Source of the DNA: Octopus bimaculoides | Taxonomy: Eukaryota | Length of the DNA stretch: 61,541 bases | Reading direction: 5' to 3' | Assembly: GCF_001194135.2 (NCBI RefSeq) | Contig: NC_068984.1 | Coordinates: 141,014,235 to 141,075,775, forward strand | Shown: positions 13,161-26,701 of the stretch, piece by piece | Numbering within the stretch: position 1 is the stretch's first letter | How the letters are laid out: the number at the start of each line of letters is the position of its first letter | Notes under the pieces: generated by a model | Database searches by the model: none | What the model was told of the DNA's origin: nothing | What the model saw: the letters and a program-made list of their open reading frames with translations, nothing else | Translations under genes and position numbers: made by a program

Positions 13161-13490
13161 TACAAAACTAAACTGTTTGCTGGAAGAACCGTGATAGCCA
13201 TTTGAAACACACATGTGCTGTGATAATGCCTCTTGCTTTATGAATGTGTTTTGTTTATACACTAAATTTGCGGCGGGATAGTGTTCAGGGGAAACTCCCT
13301 TCACAACGCCGAGTGTTAAAGAATACCTGAATGTCATAGACAAGGTGAGACAACTTGCCTCAGAATCACCGAAAATGTTCTTTAACTCTCGACATTGTGC
13401 AGGGAGCTTTTTTTCCCCAGACGATATACTGCAGCAAATTTGGTGTATAAACTACACATACACTATGTATGTGCGACCGATGATGTTTAA

Positions 13491-13529
<39 letters not shown>

Positions 13530-13935
13530 GCTTGAATGAATAGATAGATGGGTTTATAGTAAAAGCCGTAAACAGATTTGATAAAAAATGTGCCTATATT
13601 TGTGCAAAAAGACGTAGACATACACACGCACACATCTTTGTATATCTTAATAAGTCTAACAGTTTACTGTTTGAAATTCAGTGCCATAGTTCTATGAAAT
13701 TTTTCTAGTCAGTTTGTTCCTAATACGTAGGCATATATACGCTACCCGGGCGCTACTGTTGTCCGAAGCCCTTTCACCGACAAAATCGTATGAAAACGTA
13801 TATTCTTTAACTTTAACAAATAGTCAAAGCCAATATCTTACAGTTATCACCAGTCACTCATTTCTATTGCTCAATCGATTTCTGCTAGATTCAATTCTTA
13901 CGCCGACATCAGTCATCTTAGCATAAGATACTCAC

Positions 13936-14148
13936 CAGCAAAAACACATAATGGCACACCAGCAAGTAAGTTTCTTGGATGTGAAAACCTTCCAGAATTT
14001 GACTTTAGGTGCCGTCTCAGCGGAAATCTCTGAGAAATATTCAACTGGAATCTCTTTCTTGTTTATTCTCGCCATGCGCTTGATTATCTTGTCTGCTTCT
14101 TCTAATCGTCCAGCGCTTATAAGCCATCGGGGAGATTCTGGGATGAAT
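13936..14148 (-). CDS. SLC22: SLC22 coding exon (PESPRW loop to TM7): FIPESPRWLISAGRLEEADKIIKRMARINKKEIPVEYFSEISAETAPKVKFWKVFTSKKLTCWCAIMCFC-W
   Basis: Not in the ORF track. Acceptor ctgtctttacag, donor TG|gtgagt. 213 nt, phase 2 to 2. PESPRWL signature. Confidence 0.94.
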
Positions 14149-14426
14149 CTGTAAAGACAGGAATTTTAAAAAATGGTAATTTTAATTTGAAACATATTGT
14201 GTTTAGAATTATTTCTTTTTTATCGATTAATTAATCTTTTATTTTATTTTCCTTTTTATTTTTGCTTTCTCTTTAAAATATATTTTGTTGAAGATCTACA
14301 AAAACGTCGTGAGGACTTCGATAGAAACCTCAAGTTCTTCCTTACTCTGTACACACACATATACACACAAACTCACAGTCATATATTTATTTATACACAC
14401 ACATACACTGACACAGACACACACCC

Positions 14427-14558
<132 letters not shown>

Positions 14559-15198
14559 ACACAGAGTGACCCCAAAATAAGGTTACAGTTATTACGCAGG
14601 CACTTTAAATTTCTTTTATAACATTTTATTACATTTAAATTTCTATCTTACAAACAGTATATCTTCTGTCTGGAGGTCAAGAACATGTTACTGATATTCG
14701 ATAAAATGAAATTCATCGAAATTGATTATATTTTCTTTATATAATTTTGTCTTTCATTCTTCCGGGGTCGATTTAAATAATCGATGTAGTACATTTATCC
14801 CCTAAATTGCTGGCTTTGTGCCAAAATTTGAAGTCAGTATCAACGTGTCTCTATTCAATACAATGTTATTATTCATCCTTAATCAGTCATTATTCCTGTA
14901 GTTATCCTTTTCTGTAAATCCAAATTACGGTTCATCAGCCACACACAAAACATTTTGCACATTACCTAAATATTATGATTGATATTATTATCCGTGACAC
15001 TCATTAACCATAAACACAGGCTTACCTGTGGATTCACTATTTTGCTATCAAGAAATTGCGCAGACGACACACAACACAACATATTGTAATGTTTGTTTGG
15101 TCACGTTGTTTCAGTGACTTTCAGTTCAACGTTTAAAAACAGTGTATCAACTATTGGAAACAGTGTATCATTCATTCACGTTAATATAGTGTTCAACA

Positions 15199-15415
15199 AA
15201 GGCGGCGAACAGGCAGTATCTTAAGCACGACGGGTAAAATGCGTAACGGTATTTCGTCTGTCTTCATGTTCTGAGTTCAAATTCCGCCGTGGTCGGCTTT
15301 GCCTTTCATCCTTTCGGGGGTCAATAAAATAAGTACCAGTTGAATACTGGAGTCGATGTAATCGACTTACTCTCTTCACCCGAATTTGCTGGCCTTGTGC
15401 CAAAATCTGAAAGCA
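15199..15415 (+). mobile_element. SINE family B copy (a 3' fragment also at 14748-14836, +)
   Basis: aaggcggcgaacaggcag...ggccttgtgccaaaatctgaa. Confidence 0.85.
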
Positions 15416-16575
15416 ATACACACCATTTTAATTTGTTTCATTTTTCTTATTTTACATTAATGGAAATATATTTCTTAAATACATGACGTTAAACTCACTC
15501 AATTTAAGATTTACTTAGAAATATTTATGGCAACTCGGTGAGGTTAGGGGAACTGGTGCGCAGCGACTGATAGAGGCAGGGGTCGGCTCCAATTGTCTAT
15601 CACACCTTTTATCCCTACCTTAGTTGAGGACAGTTTTACAAACTTATAAAACCTATGCGGCACAATGTAAGGTATAATGACAGGCTTCCATACAGTTTCC
15701 GTCTACCTTAATTCCACTCACAATGTATGAAGGTACTGCTAGTGGAATCGAACCTAGAGCTCATACTTGCGGAGTGGATCGCTTAACTAGACAAATATGT
15801 CTGTTGTTGTTGTTATTGTTGTTATTGTTGACGTCGTCGTCGCCGACATATGGTATGTCACAATAATTGGTAGCAATTGCATATAGAGAGAACGTACCAA
15901 GTAGATCCACTGCCGACAACTACGTGATGCCTGGTATCTGATATCAACGGCATCACTCTCTAAAAGAAACCTCTAAATTTAGCTTCACTAAGTTCTGGCA
16001 GGCTGTGACTGGAATAGACAAACTCTTGATATGATCAGCAACCCACCCTCCACCCATCATCATCATCATCATCACTATAACCATCACCAGTATCACCGCC
16101 AACACCACTACTATCAGGACCACCACGACCACAAGAACAACTGCCATCACCGCCACGAGAACAACAACGAAATAACGCATCACCAAAAAGTAAATAAAAA
16201 AACAACAGCTGCAGCAAAAACGCCAACAGCTGAAGAACAGAGAACAGTTGTAAGGAGTGAGTAGTGACCTTGACATATCAGATTTCATCTTGACGGTGGT
16301 GCACGTACAGCTGTGAGGGGCGACCTCGAGATATTAGTTACAGTTTTTTTTTTTATATCTGTACAGTAAGGAGGCATGACCTACTGGCACTAACGTGTCG
16401 GGCCTATTTCACCACGTTTTACATGAGTTTCGGGATAGGGCTAACACTATTTCGGTGGATTAAATAGATTTCTATGCGAGATATTTTGATACATACATAC
16501 ATACATACATACATACATACATACATACATGCATACATGTACATACGCAAAAACACACATACATATACATATATA

Positions 16576-16615
<40 letters not shown>

Positions 16616-17304
16616 NNNNNNNNNNNNNNNNNNNNNNNNNNNNNNNNNNNNNNNNNNNNNNNNNNNNNNNNNNNNNNNNNNNNNNNNNNNNNNNNNNNNN
16701 NNNNNNNNNNNNNNNNNNNNNNNNNNNNNNNNNNNNNNNNNNNNNNNNNNNNNNNNNNNNNNNNNNNNNNNNNNNNNNNNNNNNNNNNNNNNNNNNNNNN
16801 NNNNNNNNNNNNNNNNNNNNNNNNNNNNNNNNNNNNNNNNNNNNNNNNNNNNNNNNNNNNNNNNNNNNNNNNNNNNNNNNNNNNNNNNNNNNNNNNNNNN
16901 NNNNNNNNNNNNNNNNNNNNNNNNNNNNNNNNNNNNNNNNNNNNNNNNNNNNNNNNNNNNNNNNNNNNNNNNNNNNNNNNNNNNNNNNNNNNNNNNNNNN
17001 NNNNNNNNNNNNNNNNNNNNNNNNNNNNNNNNNNNNNNNNNNNNNNNNNNNNNNNNNNNNNNNNNNNNNNNNNNNNNNNNNNNNNNNNNNNNNNNNNNNN
17101 NNNNNNNNNNNNNNNNNNNNNNNNNNNNNNNNNNNNNNNNNNNNNNNNNNNNNNNNNNNNNNNNNNNNNNNNNNNNNNNNNNNNNNNNNNNNNNNNNNNN
17201 NNNNNNNNNNNNNNNNNNNNNNNNNNNNNNNNNNNNNNTAAATCGGTTTCGCAACCAAGAGAAGTAGAACTCAAAATATGAGTATATGTTTATTAATATC
17301 TTGT

Positions 17305-17390
17305 AGAAGTAACAGAGTGACTCAAGGTCCGAGAGTTTGATAAGTGCAAACGCACGAAATTCTCGAACTCTGAGTCACTCTGTTACTTCT
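17305..17390. repeat. 86-bp hairpin / mini-MITE
   Basis: Perfect 20-bp IR agaagtaacagagtgactca (17305-17324) / tgagtcactctgttacttct (17371-17390), extending imperfectly inward. Confidence 0.7.
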
Positions 17391-18952
17391 GGGTTCGATT
17401 TCTGGATCAGGCGATGCTTTGTATCCTTGAACAACGCATCTCATTTTACGGTGCTTTAGTCTACTCATCTGAAGATGAATACGAGTCTAGGGCGTGGTAC
17501 ACCCTTCTTTCAGTTCACCTATCATATCCTGGATTTTCCGCTTGGTCAGAGGCCCAGGGGGATGTCTATTTTTATTCACAAATACACAGAACGAGCAGTG
17601 AACGCATGGGACATTTCGACCGAATTTTATTCGCTTACGAGTGACATTCTCGGTTTGTTTTTCCTTGTAGGTGAAGTGAAATGGTTTGAATTAAATATTC
17701 AAAGCAACAACATTTACCAAGCAATGCTTTAGATTTTGAAAAAAAAAAAAAAAAAAAAAANNNNNNNNNNNNNNNNNNNNNNNNNNNNNNNNNNNNNNNN
17801 NNNNNNNNNNNNNNNNNNNNNNNNNNNNNNNNNNNNNNNNNNNNNNNNNNNNNNNNNNNNNNNNNNNNNNNNNNNNNNNNNNNNNNNNNNNNNNNNNNNN
17901 NNNNNNNNNNNNNNNNNNNNNNNNNNNNNNNNNNNNNNNNNNNNNNNNNNNNNNNNNNNNNNNNNNNNNNNNNNNNNNNNNNNNNNNNNNNNNNNNNNNN
18001 NNNNNNNNNNNNNNNNNNNNNNNNNNNNNNNNNNNNNNNNNNNNNNNNNNNNNNNNNNNNNNNNNNNNNNNNNNNNNNNNNNNNNNNNNNNNNNNNNNNN
18101 NNNNNNNNNNNNNNNNNNNNNNNNNNNNNNNNNNNNNNNNNNNNNNNNNNNNNNNNNNNNNNNNNNNNNNNNNNNNNNNNNNNNNNNNNNNNNNNNNNNN
18201 NNNNNNNNNNNNNNNNNNNNNNNNNNNNNNNNNNNNNNNNNNNNNNNNNNNNNNNNNNNNNNNNNNNNNNNNNNNNNNNNNNNNNNNNNNNNNATATATA
18301 TATATATATATATAAATTGTGTGTCTACATATATATATATATACATATATATGTGTGCATATGTATATATGCATGCTTACATAATATGTGTATGTGTTCA
18401 TGTGTGTATGTATGTGTGTGCATATGTGTGAGTGCATGTATGTATGTGTGTGTGTGTGTGTATGTCTATGTCTGTAAGTGTGCGTGTATGTAAGCGAAGA
18501 CCAGATGAATGATTCTCTCCCTTTTCAGGATTCTTGTTGAGTTTGAAATGTTGGATTTTGAAGGATTCCGTTTACTGATTCAGAAAAAGTTACGAAATGC
18601 AATTTGTGAATTTAAGTTTGTTCGTCGTGAAGTATGGAAAAAAATCTCATGTTTTAAAATGGGATTTTCGTTGGGAACTGCGAAAAAAAAAAAAAAATTT
18701 TTTTGACGAAGGAACAATTTTGAAACGTCAGATTCTTCTTCTTTCAATCTTATCAAAACTGATGACCTTCGTTGCAACTATAGTTTGGTTCTCTCCTCAT
18801 TGTTTGCATGTTTTATGTTTCCATTTTCGGCGTTACATCTCGATCGGTATATATGCCAATCGTCCTCGAACGCCATATTTCTCCGATTTTGAGTTATAAA
18901 TTTGAAAGATTGCATGGTATATATGTTTATATATATATACATACATATACAT

Positions 18953-18987
<35 letters not shown>

Positions 18988-19214
18988 NNNNNNNNNNNNN
19001 NNNNNNNNNNNNNNNNNNNNNNNNNNNNNNNNNNNNNNNNNNNNNNNNNNNNNNNNNNNNNNNNNNNNNNNNNNNNNNNNNNNNNNNNNNNNNNNNNNNN
19101 NNNNNNNNNNNNNNNNNNNNNNNNNNNNNNNNNNNNNNNNNNNNNNNNNNNNNNNNNNNNNNNNNNNNNNNNNNNNNNNNNNNNNNNNNNNNNNNNNNNN
19201 NNNNNNNNNNNNNN

Positions 19215-19270
<56 letters not shown>

Positions 19271-19412
19271 GTATGTATATACATGTATTTCTGTGAACAT
19301 ATATATACATATACATAGACATATACGTTTATATATGTATATATGTATGTGTTTAGTACGCCCATCTTATTTGTCTAATATAAATCAGCGTACACTCACA
19401 CACGCGTACACA

Positions 19413-19476
<64 letters not shown>

Positions 19477-20049
19477 TCTATACACAATTGCCGCTAGTGT
19501 TTGTTTAGCTTCTCTGGAAGCGAAGATAATTTCATAAAGAATCTATCTTGTACGGTTTGAAATATGTCTTTTGTTTTTGATGTTGCTCTACATTCCGATC
19601 TATTTCGCTTTACTTGAATATGTCTATGGCTTACGTTTGGCTGGAGTAACAGTAAGACATCACTGTTTTAATGACACCTACTGAGGCAGAAATAAATGTT
19701 TACAGCTGATCTCTTTCCAGAAACAAAACAAAAAAAAAAAAAGAATATCGTTAATTCAGGAGAATTCCAGATTCCATGGCATTATCTCCGATTCACATTC
19801 GGAGTCAACCGCAATCACCGCTTGCTGCTTGTTTACTTTTTCCTCGAAGCAAAAATTATTTCAATCAATCAAGAATTTATCTTGTACTATTTAAATATAT
19901 TTATTGTCCAAATCCAAGCTCAGAGTTATATCTCTTCGCTCATTTTCGTATGTGTGTATGTGTGTACGGAGATGAATAAATTGATGAATGACTTGGACAG
20001 ATGTATGTATGATGATGGTTAGATAATCAGATCGATAGATAGACAGCAT

Positions 20050-20296
20050 TCTTCTTGAGTTCTATGGACTCACAAGGGCCGGTTTCCCAGTTAATTTCTT
20101 TGATGCATATAGATTTACACACTGGACGGGATGCCGGTCAGTCGCAGCGTTACTCGTTTTTGCCAGCGAGTGAACTGAAGCAATGTGAAATGAGATATTT
20201 TGCTCAAGAACACAACACGTTGCCCAGTCCAGGAGTTGAAACCGCAATCTTACTATCATGAGTCCAACACGCTAACCACTGAGGCACACACCTCCA
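20050..20296 (-). mobile_element. tRNA-head SINE with Nin/Deu-like central domain
   Basis: Minus strand: gtggaggtgtgtgcctcagtggttagcgtgttggactc (tRNA-like head), then ttgagcaa..cacattgcttcagttcactc.ctggcaaaaacgagt, then gactgaccggcatcccgtccag. Domain naming is from recall. Confidence 0.7.
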
Positions 20297-22876
20297 CAGA
20301 TAGACAGATAGATAGACCAATAAGATATTTTGGTGTAGTATTATGTATTTCCTCCCTGCATTTTCTATTTACTGTTATGAAGTTGGCGAGTTTCCATGTT
20401 TTTTAGTAGTTGCTATTTTTGTTGCAGTTGTTTTTGCGATCGTAGTTGCTATTGTCCTTGTTGTTATTGTTCGTGTCTCTTAGTGCTTTTGCTGTAGTTA
20501 CTAATATTTCTGTTTGAGTAAAGACAGTGACGATATTAGTGTAGGAACAGTTGACAGGTTCTGTACTGTTCTGTCAACCTTCCAGGTTTTCATCCAGCGG
20601 TGTTTTTTTTAGTCTCAAATTTCACACAAAAAATTTTTTGATACGGATCTTTCGTCTTAACCTCGCCAAACAACACAACTTTAGATTCTGAGGGTGTCTG
20701 AGGCAGCGTGGTGTTTGTGTTTTCGAGAAGGAGCTCTTTGTCAGGCTACACCTTTTGCATATGGCGGCGGGTCCTTTTAGTTTTTGTAGAAGGGATGAGG
20801 TGTAAGTTTCCATCATTGTTTTTACTGCTGATGTTAATAGTTGCTACTGTTATTGTTGTTGTTATACCGGCTATTGTGGTTGTTACGGCTGTTGTGGACT
20901 TTACATTTGTACAGACCTTCTCCGTTTTCCCCTAAGACGTCGTTTGAAGATCCTTATATAATTGGTAACTTCCGTGCCTTTACTCTTTTACAACAACAGT
21001 AGAGTGCCGTGTAACAGATCCATCACATCGGAGACGCTTTCAATAATTACCTGAATAGTTTGAACCAAGATCTCCATCCCCATTCCCAACCGTTCTTTCA
21101 GTGAATTTTGAGTTCCTTCAGATACAGCTACTTCGTTTTTTTATACGGCTGCCACCAAACATCCGGTATTTATTTGTAGCAGTACATCCGCTCCTTTACC
21201 CTTATCTTTTCTCGATCCATTACAAAATGATGATGAACTTATCACACTTAGAGATCTTCTAAATGGACTAGTTTCCTAGTTAGAAACCGATCATCGCTAT
21301 TTTATTTTTCCATTCTCTGTAGGTTCTGTCATCTTCAAGGACACTCTAAGGTGACATTTCTGCCCGCTTTTCACTCAAATCTTTGGGCTCTTCGCAAAAT
21401 CAATCGAATATTTTAATGAATCTAGCTATATTTGCAGAAAAAGGTACTTTTAGTAGCCATTTTGCTTTAACCTATGTTATGTTGTAAAAAGGGGACTATT
21501 GCTCACTGCAGCAATGAAAACTGTGACAATTTTAGCCTCAGTGTTGCTTTGGTGCTATGAGAATTTTCAATCGACTCTTTGAGGAATAGGTGGCGCTGTT
21601 GTTGTTGTTATCATCATTATTTTCTGTTTTTTTTTCCTTCAGTGGTATTACTCCCGGCGTTGAGTATATTGTTCTGTTGGTCGTAACGCTCGGAATTTGT
21701 TGTTGTTGTTACTGGTGCTGGTGCTGCTGCTGTTGTTGTTGCTGTTGTTGTTCTTGTTCTTGTTCTTCTTGTTCTTCTTCTTCTTCCTCTTATTTCTCTT
21801 TCTTCTTCTTCTTAGCGTCACTCTTACTGTACAGGTTACCATTGTTGTTGTTATTGTCGCTTGGCATGCCTTTGATTTGTTGTTTTCTGCTCTGCGTCAT
21901 GAGTCCCAATGGTTTCTTTTCACACCCACGACAGGTCATAACTCACCTCCGCCCCGTATCGTATCACAAGGGTGGAAACGAACCAAGGATCAACGTCATT
22001 GCTAATATTCTTTCTTGTGACATCTGTGCCATGTCACCCTACTTATTGTGACTCCTGCCTATGAATATTTGTATAAAGTATAAGCTCGGCTGGTCTTCTC
22101 TCTCAGTTTTCAGTTTTGAATGAGTGATATCCCATAAGCCCTATCCTCGTCCATGGCGATGTCGCTGCACATATTAATTAAGGCTACCTTCAGTAATTGC
22201 TTGAGGAGAGAGTATAGGGAAAATCCCTATTTTCGGAGATACAGAGGAAAGCGACCTTACTCCATTCCTTTAAGGACAAAGAAAATGTTTCGAGCAAGGA
22301 GGTATTTCCTTGGTCACTTATCTTTGCCACGTTGATATATTTTGTCAGCTCAGCGACTTGTGTTAATCGCTTTTTTGATGTTAGCAACACTAGAGAAGGA
22401 ACCGTTGAGAATGTTATCTAAATATCTCAAAACGACGCGCTCGCTCAATAAATTTTACTCGTTTTCTCCGTGCGTTTTGTTGTTTTTGTCAGCAATATTG
22501 TTCAAACTGACGTTTTTAACAGTTAAAATATTATGTTCGTTGCGTGTAATGCATGGGTCTAACAGTGAAATTAAATTGTTTTTCGCTTATTTGTTAAACT
22601 TTTTGTCCGCTCAGTAGCTGTGTTCTCTCTCTCTCTCTTTTGTTTTTCGCAGATGATGTTTCTCTGATGAGAAGCCAGTGTGAGTTGAACGTAAACTCAA
22701 ACAGAAGAATAAGGATATTTCTAAAAACGATAGATCTTGTCTCTTCCTCAGTATGGGATAAATGTTCATCGCATTCTTGGAGGTTCTCTGTCGAAAATGA
22801 TCTAAAAATGAATGTTGTTTCAAAATTTCGAAATTCTCAGTGTGAGGTGAAGACACATCTGCTCACGGTAATATTC

Positions 22877-22909
<33 letters not shown>

Positions 22910-22910
<1 letters not shown>

Positions 22911-23122
22911 TAATGTTATAGACATCTGACTGAAGGAGATTGGAATAGAACGTCCTGTAGAGCTTCTACAGAAAGTTTGTCTCTTAGGGACAGGAACGAT
23001 TATCAGAAAGATTTTGAGCACTTGAAAGACTATTGAAAGCTTGTGGATATCTATGGTTACATATAGTAAACCGCTACCCACATTAATTCTGCCAGGAATA
23101 AGACCAAACCTGAGTCAAATCG
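22910..23122 (+). mobile_element. 5'-truncated R4/Dong-type (RLE) non-LTR element, 3' end, embedded in (AAT)n
   Basis: LKEIGIERPVELLQKVCLLGTGTIIRKILST* is the typical C-terminus of R4-clade ORFs (LQK..LLGT..I.RK.L); (AAT)n on both sides. Confidence 0.75.
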
Positions 23123-23149
23123 AATAATAATAATAATAATTATAATAAC

Positions 23150-23209
<60 letters not shown>

Positions 23210-23210
<1 letters not shown>

Positions 23211-24152
23211 TCATCGCAAACGTGTCCAACTATAGACGGCAGAGAGCTCACCAATACATTAAGAATTGTAAACGATTGGAAAGCTCTTAGGATTGATAAT
23301 TAATACATATGGGTGTAGGGTGGTAGTTTTTAATGAACTGGCAATCAGACAAGAAGGGACATGTGATTAGATGCTGGAGTTGGGGAGCTAAAAAATAACG
23401 GTGACCCCGCCAAAACTACAAAGCTATAAATCACTTGTCAACAACAGACAAATTCCTTAGATCCAAACTCTACAAACAGTTGGTTAGTCACCTGGAAAGC
23501 AAAAACACATTACCAGAGGAGTAAAAAGTGTGATAAAGGAGAGAATTATATGACTGTTAAAAGCGGTTATTTGAACCGAGCCGTTATAGAAAACAGTAAA
23601 AAGAGAAAGCTAAAACTCAGGAAATAATATACCCCAGTGCATCATACTGTTACATGTTTGAGACACTTCATAGAAACACATCAACCTTCCAATATTGTAA
23701 GATCACATATACCTTGTCTTATCAAGATGGAAAGCAGCATAATCACAACAAGACACAGGGGAGATAATTAAAACCAGGTTTACACCCATGATAAGCGTAA
23801 ACTTCTATGAGGGCCCCTTATCTCATTTATCTTAACATATCTGTTTAATGATTCTTGGTGCGAGGAACAAATTATAAAAAAATCTCCTTTATGTGAATGA
23901 CAGGAAATATTTAAAAGGGATAATATTAGGGTCACAAACTGCAACAACTTTCAAAGAAAAGATAAAATAAATGTTGAACTTCATAAATATCTAATTGTAA
24001 TTGTATTTTAATTAATGTGTTTGACATGATGTCTTAACTTCTTAATGTTATTCCAAGAAAATTAGATTAAGTCGATCTCCCTAGTCTCAGTAAAGTGTAA
24101 TTTTTTAAAGCGTTGAATTTGATAACCAAAAATTATACATCATGTCAGACTT

Positions 24153-24211
<59 letters not shown>

Positions 24212-25029
24212 TAATAATAATAATAATGGCTTCAAATTTTGGCACAAAGTCAGTAATTTCAGGGGAGGGGAAAAGTCGATTACATCGACTCGTGTTTCAC
24301 TGGTAGTTTTTTTTACCGACCACGAAGGGATGAAAGACAAAATCAATCTAAGTGGCATCTGAACTCAGAACGTAAAGACAAACAAAACTCCACCAAGTGG
24401 ATACATATTTTGTCCTTTCCAAACATAGAGAAGGAAAAAGCAAACAAGCTGGAAAAATGGTCTGTCCTTTTCACAAGGGAACGATTGACAATTCGACGAA
24501 AAATTTGAGGGTTGCACAAAAGACATGTGGTTCAAAGCTATTATAAGTGGCACATTAATTCAAATTGAGAACATAAAATTAGATACAGATGCCAGAGAAA
24601 TCAGATATAACTACTCATATAAATATTTAGCAGCAGATGAAACACACGGAAATGAAGGAGAAAATTGGAAACGTTTGGTACTACTGAAAAGTCAGACTAA
24701 TATAAAAAAAACTGAAGCCAATGCTAGAAACAAGTTAATAGGTATATATACATTAACCGTCTCAGTAATGAACTAAATCTTCAACTGGTAGCTAAGTGAT
24801 TTGGAAAGAAGTAGCAGGAAAAACCAGGAAAGTACCAACATCATCCTGAAACCTGTAATACAAAGCCGATATAAATAGATTATATCTACTCCTCAATACA
24901 CACACACGCACACGCACAGAGGACTTGTTTTGATATAAATAGAAAAATATCATAAAATAGAAATAGAGGATATAAAAATACATATAAGCAAGTAATGGCA
25001 AAATGAGTAGCGTAATAAGGAAACGTTAA

Positions 25030-25095
<66 letters not shown>

Positions 25096-25720
25096 AATAC
25101 AAATTAGAAAGTAAAAAGGCCGAAGAGACAAAATCAATAGAAAATGTTAGAAATAAGAGACAAAAATACCAAAAAGAATATCAAAATATAGTTAAGAGAA
25201 ACGGTGAGAAAAACCACTCCATGGCCAATACTCCGCAAAACTTGTCAGAAAGTAAGCCAGAATAAAAGTCAACAACGTCTTAAACGCTCTGGATGAAAAG
25301 CAAAAGCAGGAGATCTGATTTTACCTGTTCAAGATGAATGTAGAACCACATGTAACTGCAAAAATATGGTTTTAAAAAAATGGTTAAAAAGTATTAGCAT
25401 CAAGGGAAGAGTGTGCGATGAGACAACTGACCATTCTATCTTCGGCTGTCTCATTCTTGAACAAGTCAGCAACCAATACTAGCTGCTGCTAAGCAATATG
25501 CTGATAATTCGACGTGAAAATGAATAAGGAGTGGTATAAATATATATCAAACATGGTATATGATATGACAGGGACATATTCATCCAGACCAACAAGCAAA
25601 TTAAAACAAACTACACAATTATAATTATCAAGGATGGAAAATAGCTGGCCGGTATGGACATTTCGATCACTTCTGACGAAATCATCACCCAAAAGAAAGT
25701 GGAGAAACTGTCAGATTCCA
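23210..25720 (+). mobile_element. Decayed R4/Dong-type non-LTR retrotransposon copy 1 (RT, CCHC, RLE)
   Basis: Frame-broken motifs in order: NDWKAL, SHLESKNTLPEE, YKYLAA..ANARNKLIGIYTL, EKPLHGQY, DETTDHSIFGC, DIFIQTNKQIKTN..ITQKKVEKLS. Interrupted by SINE B and (AAT)/(TA) tracts. Confidence 0.8.
24228..24385 (-). mobile_element. SINE family B, 5'-truncated, nested in an R4-type LINE
   Basis: aaattttggcacaaag...tgaactcagaacgtaaagac; preceded by an (AAT)n tail. Confidence 0.75.
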
Positions 25721-26349
25721 ACCAACATAAATCAAATTATCTTGATTTATGTTAGTTGCACAACAGAACAATGAAACAGACGATTCAAGCGGTATAAGTT
25801 ACAGTAACGGTACTTCGACGGAATTTACCGAATATTTACATCAAACGTCTGTAACTTTGAGGAACACTTGAAAATATTCTGACTCTACTGCAATTTCAGG
25901 CCTCAAAACATATGAAGATGAATATATTTATGGATTACTAACGTCCCATCCTGGAAGAATGAACAAATTGACAGAAGTCCATCACAATTTACACAAAACT
26001 TTTCGACTAAGTGTTCTTTTTCCTGTTTTCTTTTCTCTTTTTTCCCTTTTTCTTTTTTTTTTTCGTTGCCAGTTATGAGGAAGCAAAAAAACTGATGCCA
26101 GCGTTTTGAATAAAATGGATTGCATGATATTCCCGTTCATATTTTGAAATCCTGTATTTCTGCTTTTTTGTTTTTCATTTTTTCATTTTAAACGCAAGGA
26201 AAGCAGATATACTGTCGAAATATTGTTCAATTCAATAGACAAAACCATTCTCTATTTATTACTAATCGTATGGCGCTTTTTTCATTGCTTATTTACCTTC
26301 GTGAAGAATTACATCAATCATAATAATAATAATAATGACAATAATAATA

Positions 26350-26701
26350 ATCCTTTCTAATGGAGGCACAAGGCCTCATATTTATGGGGGGGGGGGGNNN
26401 NNNNNNNNNNNNNNNNNNNNNNNNNNNNNNNNNNNNNNNNNNNNNNNNNNNNNNNNNNNNNNNNNNNNNNNNNNNNNNNNNNNNNNNNNNNNNNNNNNNN
26501 NNNNNNNNNNNNNNNNNNNNNNNNNNNNNNNNNNNNNNNNNNNNNNNNNNNNNNNNNNNNNNGGTACTTAATTTATCAATCCCGAAAGGATGAAAGGCAA
26601 AGTCGACCTCGGCGGAATTTGAATTCAGAATGCAAGGACAGACGAAATATCGCTTAGCGTTTCGACCGGTCTGCTCACGATTCTGCCTGATCACCGCCTT
26701 A
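26350..26701 (-). mobile_element. SINE family B spanning an N-gap
   Basis: ggcacaaggcc before the gap; ggtacttaatttatcaatcccgaaaggatgaaaggcaaagtcgacctcggcgg...ccgcctt after it. Confidence 0.8.

Noticed and set aside
20560-20900. Minus-strand frame resembling a LINE ORF1 (VLFGEVKTKDPYQKIFCVKF)
   Set aside because: Contains stops and I cannot tie it to a named family.
22140-22720. LINE-like words ILVHGDVAAHI (GDFNAH-like) and FFADDV
   Set aside because: Short isolated matches, too close together for an endonuclease-RT layout and with no supporting flanking motifs; possible very old LINE but not supportable.
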